50,089 nt of DNA from Bacteroidota bacterium (GTDB lineage Bacteria > Bacteroidota > Rhodothermia > Rhodothermales > Rubricoccaceae): contig JBCBNX010000025.1 in assembly GCA_039821555.1 (NCBI GenBank), positions 1-50,089 of the forward strand. Reading direction: 5' to 3'. The translations under genes and the position numbers were made by a program. Each line of letters begins with the position of its first letter. The stretch's first letter is position 1. Below the pieces are notes generated by a model. It did no database searches. It worked only from the letters and a program-made list of their open reading frames with translations, and was not told the DNA's origin. Below are positions 28,736-36,838 of this stretch, one piece after another.

Positions 28736-30532
28736 CTACCGCGCCAGCGTCATCTTGTGCGTGATGCTCGTCTGCGGCGTCGAGAGGCGCACGAAGTAGA
28801 CGCCGCTCGGCAGATCGCGTGCGTCGAATGGAATCTCATGCGCCCCTGCGGCCACCTCGCGGTCGACCAGCAGCGCGACCTGGTGGCCCGAGACGTCCCA
28901 CACCGAGAGCTCCGCGCGCTGTGCCGAAGGGACTTCGAAGCGGATGAGCGTCCGGTCGGGAAAGGGGTTGGGCGAGTTCACGAGCGTGAGGGGCAACTCG
29001 CCATCGGTCGCGCCGAGGCCTAGCTTGACTGCTCCTGAGATGCGATCCGGACCCTCGCCGAAGACCTGCCGAACGCGGTAGTAGAGCACTTGCCCAGCGG
29101 GAGGTAGGTCCGTGTAGCCGAAGCGCATCGCGCCGTTGGCTGCCTCCGCGATGCGGTCGCTCAGTTCAAGGCGCGTGACGGCGGTGAACGTCTCGCCGTC
29201 GGGCGAGCGTTCGACCACGAAGGCTTCGTTTTCGCGGTCCTGCGTTTCCCACGACAGATTGACGAAGCCATCCTGCGCCTGAGCGTCAAGGCGCTCGATG
29301 GGGAACGAGAACGTCAGGTCGCCGCGCTCGGTGGGCCACGCGTCCAGGTCGCGTGCGAGCAGACGGGGCGGCGGGACGGCGTCGAAGCCGAGGCGAACCA
29401 CGCCGCGCGGGACGTCGGTGAGTTGGCGCCGCATGGTGCGCCGAAGCTGCGTCTCGGTGCGTGCCTGGGGCCACACGCGCACCTCATCCAAGAGACCTGT
29501 GTAGCCAGCCGCTTGGGCGTTGGCTTCCTGTGCTAGGAGGCGCTGGCCGAGCGTGAGGGGGTGGTCGTTGTCGGTGCGTGCTGCGATGCGCAGCGAGTCC
29601 GCCGACGCTCCGTCGAGGTAGAGCCGTGACCAGCCTCCGCGTGGGTCTTGAACGATGGCCAGGTGGTGCCACTGCCCGTCGGCGACGGGCGCGGGGGTGC
29701 GCATACCGTGATGGCGGTCGCGGGCGCCGCTGTAGAAGAGGAGGTGACCGTCGTCGGCCACAGTCAGTTCGAGCGGGTAGGGTGCGCCGTCGAGACCATT
29801 CCAGGTGGAGAGCACGACCTCGTCGGTGCTGACCGTCTGCATCCAGAGTTCGAGCGTGAACGGCATGCCGGCATCGAGTGCGGGGAGCGCGTCTCGGCGC
29901 AGCGACAGAGGGGTGCGTTCTCGGGCGGGACGCAGCGCCGCGTTGCGCCGACTTGTCTCGATGACATAGGGTTGCCAGACGCGCCGCCGTGTTTCGAGGG
30001 CTCGCACGCGCTCGCTCTCCTGGACAAGCGGTACGAGGGGAACGCGCTCGGGACCGCGAGTGACTCCGACCTCGAAGCGCAGCGCGACGCGGAGCCGGCC
30101 TCGCAGCGGGCGGGCCGCCGTGGCTAGGATGCGCCCTTGCTCATCGGTGGTGAGTGCGAGGGGCATCTGAGCGCCATCGCGGCCGGTGGCCCAGGCATCG
30201 CGGAGTTCCCATCCGACGGGAAGCTCCGTGCGCACTCCTGCGAACGGCTGCGAACCGGTCCAGTCGAAGAACGCTGTCGCGGCTTGCCCAGCACTGAGGC
30301 GCTCTGCTGGGGCGACCGCCTCCCACTGCGCCTGGACATCAGGCGCTGCAACCAAGCCCACGAGGAGCGCCATGCCAAAGAGCAGGGCGCGCAGACGCAG
30401 TCCGAGCCAGAGGGGTAGCAGTCGGCGCAAGAACGCGGGTGGTGGGTCAGCAGGGGCGACAGGGCAGCCAAGGTAGACGTGCGCTGCGGAAGGAGTCAAA
30501 CCGTATGGGAAGTCGGTCGTTCCGACCTTCAC
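28736..30532 (-). CDS. LamG/concanavalin-like domain protein with C-terminal T9SS sorting domain (start uncertain)
   Basis: Laminin-G-like jelly-roll signature (FTLELWMQTVSTDEVVLSTWNG...GQWHHLAIVQDP...SRLYLDG...LDEVRVW). The C-terminal ~80 aa (LVNSPNPFPDRTLIRFEVPS...SGVYFVRLSTPQTSITHKMTLAR) is T9SS CTD-like. Confidence 0.7.
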   Translation of the reverse strand: MKVGTTDFPYGLTPSAAHVYLGCPVAPADPPPAFLRRLLPLWLGLRLRALLFGMALLVGLVAAPDVQAQWEAVAPAERLSAGQAATAFFDWTGSQPFAGVRTELPVGWELRDAWATGRDGAQMPLALTTDEQGRILATAARPLRGRLRVALRFEVGVTRGPERVPLVPLVQESERVRALETRRRVWQPYVIETSRRNAALRPARERTPLSLRRDALPALDAGMPFTLELWMQTVSTDEVVLSTWNGLDGAPYPLELTVADDGHLLFYSGARDRHHGMRTPAPVADGQWHHLAIVQDPRGGWSRLYLDGASADSLRIAARTDNDHPLTLGQRLLAQEANAQAAGYTGLLDEVRVWPQARTETQLRRTMRRQLTDVPRGVVRLGFDAVPPPRLLARDLDAWPTERGDLTFSFPIERLDAQAQDGFVNLSWETQDRENEAFVVERSPDGETFTAVTRLELSDRIAEAANGAMRFGYTDLPPAGQVLYYRVRQVFGEGPDRISGAVKLGLGATDGELPLTLVNSPNPFPDRTLIRFEVPSAQRAELSVWDVSGHQVALLVDREVAAGAHEIPFDARDLPSGVYFVRLSTPQTSITHKMTLAR

Positions 30533-30615
30533 GGCTTCCGACCGTCGTCCGGCGGTCTGTGGCTACTACCTGCGCCGTTCTTGCGCGTCGGCCGTCGAGT
30601 AGCGTCTGCGCAGGG

Positions 30616-31263
30616 CTAGCGGGGGCGCTGACCGTTGGCCTTGCGAATGACGCGCGTATTAGAAGCCCGGCTACGCGGTGCACTGTCGCCCTGAGAGCCA
30701 TTGCTCGGGGCGCTACCGCGCTGCGAACCGTCCCCGTGCACACCACCGAACGGGTCTGCTGGGGGGCGCTCGTTGTGGGGGCCCTGGCGCGTCGTGCGCT
30801 GGGGCTCGGGGAGGTACTTCGCCGGGACCCGTGGGGGAGATGCGAACCGCCCGCGCTCGTCGAGCGCCACCCACTGCGCTGGCATCGAATAGAGGTAGCG
30901 GCCGATGCCCCACTGCACGGCGGCCCGCTTGAGCGCGCCGGATAGGCCACCCTTGACCGATTCGAACTCGGTGTTCTCGGCGCCGTCCCACTTGGTCACC
31001 CACTCTGGCGCGTTAGCTCCCTCGCGGTGCACGAGAATGGAGAGGCCGCACAGGACGCCCCCCTCGGGCCCCGGTGCGAATTCGTTCCGCCAGTTGCCTG
31101 GCCCGCACACCTCGTCCAGGCGGTCCTGGATGGCGCGACTCGTGAGGTAGGCCATCGCTAGACCTTTTTTGCGGTCACGCGTGGTCGCCCCGGGCTTCCA
31201 CTCAATGTCGTCGTTGGGAAAGGGGGCGCTGAGGCGGCGGAGATCGTCTGGAGAGACAGCCAT
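30616..31263 (-). CDS. Rad52/Rad22-family single-strand annealing protein (DdrA/Sak-like)
   Basis: ATG at 31263 gives MAVSPDDLRRLSAPFPNDDIEWKPGATTRDRKKGLAMAYLTSRAIQDRLDEVCGPGNWRNEF, which matches the conserved Rad52 N-terminal annealing domain. The C-terminal tail is Gly/Ser/Arg-rich and looks disordered. Confidence 0.7.
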   Translation of the reverse strand: MAVSPDDLRRLSAPFPNDDIEWKPGATTRDRKKGLAMAYLTSRAIQDRLDEVCGPGNWRNEFAPGPEGGVLCGLSILVHREGANAPEWVTKWDGAENTEFESVKGGLSGALKRAAVQWGIGRYLYSMPAQWVALDERGRFASPPRVPAKYLPEPQRTTRQGPHNERPPADPFGGVHGDGSQRGSAPSNGSQGDSAPRSRASNTRVIRKANGQRPR

Positions 31264-31579
31264 AGGACAAGCTGGGCACGTCGATGGAACAGGTACTCCA
31301 CCAAGGATCGCCCCATTGAGTGACACCACTCTGTCACTCAATGGGGCGTGCTCCTGTAGGCTCGTGTAATGTGAAGAAACGTTGGGGATGTTCAGTTTTT
31401 CGACGGGAAAATCGAAGAAGAAAGCGCTTTTTATTTAGATCCTGATGTTGCTCGCATAAATGAGGTGAAACGATATGGCTCAATGCCTTGAATTCCTAAG
31501 GGTGGCCTCCTATGTTTTATCCCGTCGCACCTGGTGCGATTGGTCTTCTAGCGTTCACCGGCGGTTCCGCCGGTGCGCC

Positions 31580-31625
31580 TGGGGCCGCAGCTCTTGGGGG
31601 AGAAGCTGCGGCCCCATTCTTTTGT
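31580..31625 (+). terminator. orphan intrinsic terminator on the + strand in the gap between two minus-strand genes
   Basis: Perfect 12-bp stem GGGGCCGCAGCT / AGCTGCGGCCCC with an 11-nt loop, followed by ATTCTTTTGTG. There is no annotated + strand gene upstream. Confidence 0.5.
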
Positions 31626-31708
31626 GCCACACCTGTGTCGGCAAGGCCTCTGGATATCCTGGGTTAAAGTGGCGCCGTATGGATCGGGCCTCGCTGTAGG
31701 AATCGGGC

Positions 31709-32383
31709 CTATGGCGCAGGCTGACCTTCCGCGGTCTCTTCGATTCCGACGACGCCCTGGAGCCGCGTGATGAAGTCAGCATAGGCCTCCACCGTCGAAT
31801 CCACGGCCAAGCCCGCCTGCATGGCCTCAAGAGCGTCAGCGTAGCGGAGCGACGCGATGAGGGAGTCGGCACGGGCCTTCACCTCCTCGGCAAAGGCAGA
31901 CGGCTCGGGCGGAGGCTGCTCCTCCGGCGGCTCGGGCTGGTCGCCGTCCAGCTGCCGCTTTACGAGTTCGTAGTTGACCTTCGCTTCGGCGTAGCGCGGG
32001 TCGAGCAGGAGCGCCTGGCGGAGGTGGTCGAGTGCCGCCTCGAAGTCCTGCGCGAGGGCGGCGGCGGTCCCGGCGTTGTAGCGCGCCCGCGCCTGCGCCC
32101 GCCGCGTCGGCGCGATCTGCGCCGCTTGCTCGAAGAGGTCGATAGCAGCCTCGGCGTCGCCTTCCTCGTGGCGCACGAGGCCGAGGTCGTAGAGCAGCCG
32201 CGCGCGCACGTCGAGGTCGGCGTCGGGCGTGTCTGTGGCTTGCAGGCCCTCGCCGAAGGCGACCGCCGCTGTTTCGAGGTCGCCCGCGAGGTAGGCGTCG
32301 AGGCCGCGCTGGCCCTCGCGCGCGCCATCGGGGGTGCATCCCGTCAGGAGCAGGAGGGCGAGCAGGATCCAGGGCCGGGTCAT
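31709..32383 (-). CDS. TPR-repeat lipoprotein
   Basis: Lipoprotein signal MTRPWILLALLLLTGC. Three to four TPR-like repeats (AYLAGDLETAAVAFGEGLQ..., LLYDLGLVRHEEGDAEAAIDLFEQAAQIAP, ARYNAGTAAALAQDFEAALDHLRQALLLDP). Confidence 0.7.
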   Translation of the reverse strand: MTRPWILLALLLLTGCTPDGAREGQRGLDAYLAGDLETAAVAFGEGLQATDTPDADLDVRARLLYDLGLVRHEEGDAEAAIDLFEQAAQIAPTRRAQARARYNAGTAAALAQDFEAALDHLRQALLLDPRYAEAKVNYELVKRQLDGDQPEPPEEQPPPEPSAFAEEVKARADSLIASLRYADALEAMQAGLAVDSTVEAYADFITRLQGVVGIEETAEGQPAP

Positions 32384-32810
32384 CCGAAAAAATACCGCCG
32401 TTGCGTCTCAGCAGAGGGCGGTCTCCACGGAGGGCAACGGCGGTAGGAGCGCCCCTGTGTGCGCGGGGCGACTCAGAAAGACCCGCGCTCTCACGAAGGG
32501 GATGTGTACGGGTGGTACGGTTCGTCCCATGTGTGCAGGCGACAGCGAGAGGCGTAGAGGATGCGGAGGCGAGCGATCAAGCGGCGCATGGGTGAGCGGG
32601 GAAGCGTGGGTGAGCGTGGGTGCAGACTCCACCGCGGGCGGAGAGCCTGGTGCCACCCGGCATTCCCAGGACCATGCCAAACCCAGAACCGCCTCCCAGG
32701 CCTGCAGGGCCATACCGTGCAGGCCTCGCTGTTAGATTTTCAGAGAGCGTCGACCCGATGCGCGATTCTGGAACTTGGTCGCGGTCGGGCGCTTGGGGCT
32801 CCAGCGCGCC

Positions 32811-35327
32811 CTAGAAGTCCGTCGACTCGTCGCCGCCGCCTTGTCCGCGACCGCCGCGCTGGCGGTCGGGACGCCGCTGTGGTTGCTGGCCGAACGTGTA
32901 GTTGAACGTGAACGTCAGGAAGCGTGCCTGCCAGCGCCGCTCGCCCACCCGGTCGCTGAAGCGGTCACGGATGGCGAACTCGAAGCCGGCCGTGTCAAAC
33001 ACGTCGCCCATCGTCACGGCGAGGCTCGCGCGGTCGTCGAGCAGCTTCTGGCGGACCGAGAGGTTCGTGAACGAGAACGCCTCGATGAGGCCGTTGGGGA
33101 TGTCGCGCGGTGCGCGGTAGAAGCCGAAGAACTGCACCGCCGTCCCGGTCGGGAAGTTGTAGGACAGGTTGCCGCGCAAGCTCCACTGGAAGCCGTTGGC
33201 CGCGAGGTCGGTGTCGGCGTTTTGCCCGTCCGTCTGGAACTGGTAGGCGCTCAGCGTCACGAAGCTGCTGAAGCGCTGGCCAAAGCGGAGGCTGCCGACG
33301 GTCTCGACGCCGTAGTTCTCCTCCGTGTCGAAGTTGACGAACGTGCGCACGGTGCGGCCGTTGTCGTCGGGCGGGGTAGAGAAGCGCGTGATGGCGTCCG
33401 TGGTGCGGCGATAGAACGGCGTGACGGTGAGCGTCGTCTTCGGCGTAAACCAGGTGAGGCCGACCTCATACGAGTCCGTGTATTCGGGCTGCAGACCCGG
33501 ATTGCCGACGCGCACGTTGAGGGGGTCCTCGCGGTTTTCGAACGGATTGAGCGCGCGCGTCGACGGGCGGTTGATGCGGCGACTATAGCTGGCCTGTGCG
33601 GAGACGCCGTCGGTGAACTGGTAGGTGGCGAAGGCGCTCGGGAAGACGCTGAAGTAGTCGTTGTCGAAAGCACCCGAATCGTCCTGACCCGGCGCGGGCT
33701 GTGCGAGGTCGAACGTGGTGAAGGCCTGCTCCAGACGCGCGCCGGCCTTGAGGCTGAGCGGGCCGAAGCTGCGGCTGAGGAGGCCGTAGACGGCGTGGAC
33801 CTGCTCGTCGAACACGAAGCTGTTCGAGAGTTCGCCGACCGACTGGAAGGCGTCGAGCGCGAGGGTGTCGACCACGAAGTCGTCGTCGGTGCGGGTGAAC
33901 TCGCTGCGGAAGCCGGTTTCGAGGCTGAGATCGCCGAGAGGCTTCACCCAGTCGAGTTGAAGCGAGCCCTCCTGTTTGAAGCGGTCGGTCGTGTTGCGCT
34001 CGGTCACCGTCGGCGAGGCGACGGCGCCGTCGACAAGGGCTGAGCCTTCCGTGAACACGCTGAAGTCGTCGCGGGCGTCGGCGGTGTAGCGGGCCTCGAC
34101 GGTGAGCTCGTCCGTAGAGCGTGCCTGCACGCGTGAGAACGTGAGCGCCAGGTCGCCGTTGAGGTCATCCTCGTCCTCATCGCTGAGGCGGAAGGACTGC
34201 AGGCGGTTGCCGTCGTCGAAGAGTTCGTTGCGGAAGTTGACTTCTTCGTCGCTGCCGAACCCGAGGCTGAGGCGGCCCGAGGCCGAGAGCGTCATCTTGG
34301 GTGAGAGCTTGTAGTCCGCCGAGGCGCTCAGGAGGTGGCCGAGGCTCTGGCTCTCGCCATCGTCGTCGGTGAATCGGGTGTCGAGCCGCGGGGTCCCGTC
34401 TTCGGCGAGCGGGAGGGTGAAGTCGGCGTCATTGATGCCGCCGGACTCGCGGACGTTGCGGCGGAGCCCGTAGGTCACGAACGTGGTCCACGGCCCGCGC
34501 TGGTAGCCGACGTTGCCCGAGACGTTGTAGCCGCCGATGGTTTCGGCCGCCGCCGTGAGGCCGCCCGAGAGGCCGAGGTCGGTGTTCTCCTTCAGGATGA
34601 TGTTGATGATGCCGCCGAGGCCCTCCGGCTCGTACTTCGCGCTCGGGTTGGGGATCACCTCGACGCGCTCGACGCTCGACGCGGGCAGCTGCTGGAGGTA
34701 GCTCGCTAGGAACGCACCCGTGATCGGGACCGGCCGGCCGTTGATCTGGACGGCGACGTTCTGGTTGCCGCGCAGGCTGATGTTGCCGTCGATGTCGACC
34801 TCGATGGCCGGGACGTTGCGCAGGAGATCCGTCACCGAGCCGACGTCGGCCGCGATCTGGTCGGCGGTGTTGAAGACGGTGCGATCCACCTGCACCTCGA
34901 TGTCGTCACGGATGCCTTCCACCTGGACGCCCTCCAGGAGCGCCGCGTCCGGGACGAGTTCGAGGGTACCGAGGTCGGCGACGAGGCTGCCGGGTCGCAG
35001 TGCGAGGTCGTCGATGCGCTGGTTGACGTAGCCGACGTAGGTGAGCGTGAGGTAGTAGCGCCCCGGCCGCAGCGGGCGGATGTCGAAGCCGCCCTCGGCG
35101 TCGGTGAGCGCGCCCGTCACGAGCGACGAGTCGCGTGCGCTCCACACGGTCGCCGTGGCGAGCTCGACGGGTTGCCCCGTGTCGGCGTCGATGACGGTGC
35201 CGGTGATGGCGCCGCCGCGCATCTGTCCGGGCGGGCCGCCGGGACGTCCGCCGGGGCGCTGGGCAAAGACCGGGAGGGCGAGCGCTCCGACGAGGAGCAG
35301 CAGGAGCAGGCGCGTACCGATGCGCAT
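32811..35327 (-). CDS. TonB-dependent outer-membrane receptor with an N-terminal carboxypeptidase-regulatory-like domain
   Basis: Start at MRIGTRLLLLLLVGALALPVFAQ. CarbopepD_reg-like ITGTVIDADTGQPVELATATVW...YYLTLTYVGY. Plug and barrel regions follow. C-terminal F (..GGDESTDF). Confidence 0.85.
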   Translation of the reverse strand: MRIGTRLLLLLLVGALALPVFAQRPGGRPGGPPGQMRGGAITGTVIDADTGQPVELATATVWSARDSSLVTGALTDAEGGFDIRPLRPGRYYLTLTYVGYVNQRIDDLALRPGSLVADLGTLELVPDAALLEGVQVEGIRDDIEVQVDRTVFNTADQIAADVGSVTDLLRNVPAIEVDIDGNISLRGNQNVAVQINGRPVPITGAFLASYLQQLPASSVERVEVIPNPSAKYEPEGLGGIINIILKENTDLGLSGGLTAAAETIGGYNVSGNVGYQRGPWTTFVTYGLRRNVRESGGINDADFTLPLAEDGTPRLDTRFTDDDGESQSLGHLLSASADYKLSPKMTLSASGRLSLGFGSDEEVNFRNELFDDGNRLQSFRLSDEDEDDLNGDLALTFSRVQARSTDELTVEARYTADARDDFSVFTEGSALVDGAVASPTVTERNTTDRFKQEGSLQLDWVKPLGDLSLETGFRSEFTRTDDDFVVDTLALDAFQSVGELSNSFVFDEQVHAVYGLLSRSFGPLSLKAGARLEQAFTTFDLAQPAPGQDDSGAFDNDYFSVFPSAFATYQFTDGVSAQASYSRRINRPSTRALNPFENREDPLNVRVGNPGLQPEYTDSYEVGLTWFTPKTTLTVTPFYRRTTDAITRFSTPPDDNGRTVRTFVNFDTEENYGVETVGSLRFGQRFSSFVTLSAYQFQTDGQNADTDLAANGFQWSLRGNLSYNFPTGTAVQFFGFYRAPRDIPNGLIEAFSFTNLSVRQKLLDDRASLAVTMGDVFDTAGFEFAIRDRFSDRVGERRWQARFLTFTFNYTFGQQPQRRPDRQRGGRGQGGGDESTDF

Positions 35328-36190
35328 GGCGGTGGGGAGTCGAAGGGGAGAAGGGCGAAGGAGAAGGGGAGCGGAGCACCTGGTGGACAGGCACGTACCG
35401 GCGCGCGGTGAGACCCGTGGCAACGTTCGTAGCTCCAAGGGTATACCCTGCAGTGCTTCTATGTGTCACACCGGGGTGTCGGTTGCGTGAAGTGTGCGCG
35501 CAGCCCGTGGACGACCGGAGCACTACGCAGGTTCGCGCGGCTCCGTTGCATGCGGTCGTTGTCACATCCTGCCGTCTGTGCGGAGGGGCTACGGAAGCAG
35601 GCTCACGGAGACAGATCGGTGCCCTCCATGTCGCCGCTCGGGGCCGCTGGCGACCGCTCGTCTACCCACAAACACCGCTCGCGGTCACGGCAGCCGGTTG
35701 CCCCACGCAGCCTCGGCTACCCTGTGGGTGTCTACTCAGCAAGGTTGGCGCGCACGCGAGTGCGCCCTCGCCTGTAGGTAACAAATGCCATCGGCGCATC
35801 GGCGTTGACGTAGCGACTTGCTGACGCAACGACTTTGGCGGAGGAGTGTGCCGTCGCCCGAAAGCGGCTCGTGGGGACGTGGCGCATCTACGAGGGCGAC
35901 GGCACCCTCCGCCCTACACTGCCCGGTGCAGTGACCAACGGGCACCCGGTGGAGAGCCAGCGCCTGGGCGATGTACACCATGGTTATGCTAGGCGCTTTA
36001 AAATGCTTGGATAGGGCACAATCGGAAGCGCTCCCGTAACCAGACGGGTAGGTTGCGTATACCACCGGTGTCTTTCGGCAACGCCCGCGGATGCTGGACT
36101 CCACGAGGGGGTCCGCGTTATCCTTGCGGGCCGTCGCCCCCACTGGCGCTGCGCCCGAATGAGGGTCTGTAGCGCCGAGCCGAGCCGCTC

Positions 36191-36835
36191 ATGCTGGAGT
36201 TTCTATCCTCGGGCCCGCTGCTGCCCCTCACGGTCCTCCTCGCCATCGTCGGGGTCTACTGGCTGTTCGTCATCCTGGGCGCGCTCGACCTCGACTTCCT
36301 CGACGTGGACTTCGACGCGACGGACGCGGACGTGGACCTCGACTTCGAAGTCGATGCGGATGTGGATACCGGACTCTCGGGGTGGCAGCAGGCGCTGTCG
36401 TTCCTGCACCTCGGCATCGTGCCGTTCATGGTCGTCTTCAGCGTGTTCGTGCTGAGCTGGTGGACGGCCGCCGCCATCGGGTTCTTCGTGCTCGGCCTCG
36501 GTGCGCTCGTCGGGCTAGGCGGCAGCGCTTTGCTGGCCATCCTCGCGACGAAGGTGCTCACATGGCCGCTCGCGGTCCTCTTCCGCAAGCTCAAAGCCGC
36601 AGAGGCTCCGGTGCAGATTATCGGGCGCGTCTGCACGGCGCTCACCGCCATCGACCACGAGCGGCTCGGGCAGGCCGAGCTCGCCACCGACGGCGCGCCG
36701 CTGCTGCTCACCGTCAAGACCACCCAGCCCGGCGAGCGGGTCGCGCGCGGAGAACGCGCCCTCGTGGTCGCCCGCAGCGACGACGGGCAGGTCTACCTCG
36801 TAGATCCCGTCGCCGTCCAGCAGGCCACGGTCTGA
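36191..36835 (+). CDS. NfeD/YqiJ-like membrane protein (flotillin-associated, C-terminal OB-fold)
   Basis: N-terminal TM helix, an unusual acidic D-rich segment (LDLDFLDVDFDATDADVDLDFEVDADVD) and two more TM helices. A C-terminal beta-rich OB-like domain (IGRVCTALTAIDHERLGQAELATDGAPLLLTVKT...ALVVARSDDGQVYLVDPV) follows. It sits immediately upstream of the flotillin gene, as in yqiJ-yqiK and nfeD-floT pairs. Confidence 0.6.
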   Translation: MLEFLSSGPLLPLTVLLAIVGVYWLFVILGALDLDFLDVDFDATDADVDLDFEVDADVDTGLSGWQQALSFLHLGIVPFMVVFSVFVLSWWTAAAIGFFVLGLGALVGLGGSALLAILATKVLTWPLAVLFRKLKAAEAPVQIIGRVCTALTAIDHERLGQAELATDGAPLLLTVKTTQPGERVARGERALVVARSDDGQVYLVDPVAVQQATV

Positions 36836-36838
36836 TCC

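Noticed and set aside
32384-32810. Short GGGTGAGCG direct repeats in the gap between the TPR lipoprotein and the TonB-dependent receptor genes
   Set aside because: There are only 2-3 loosely spaced copies with no further structure. This is probably incidental promoter-region sequence.
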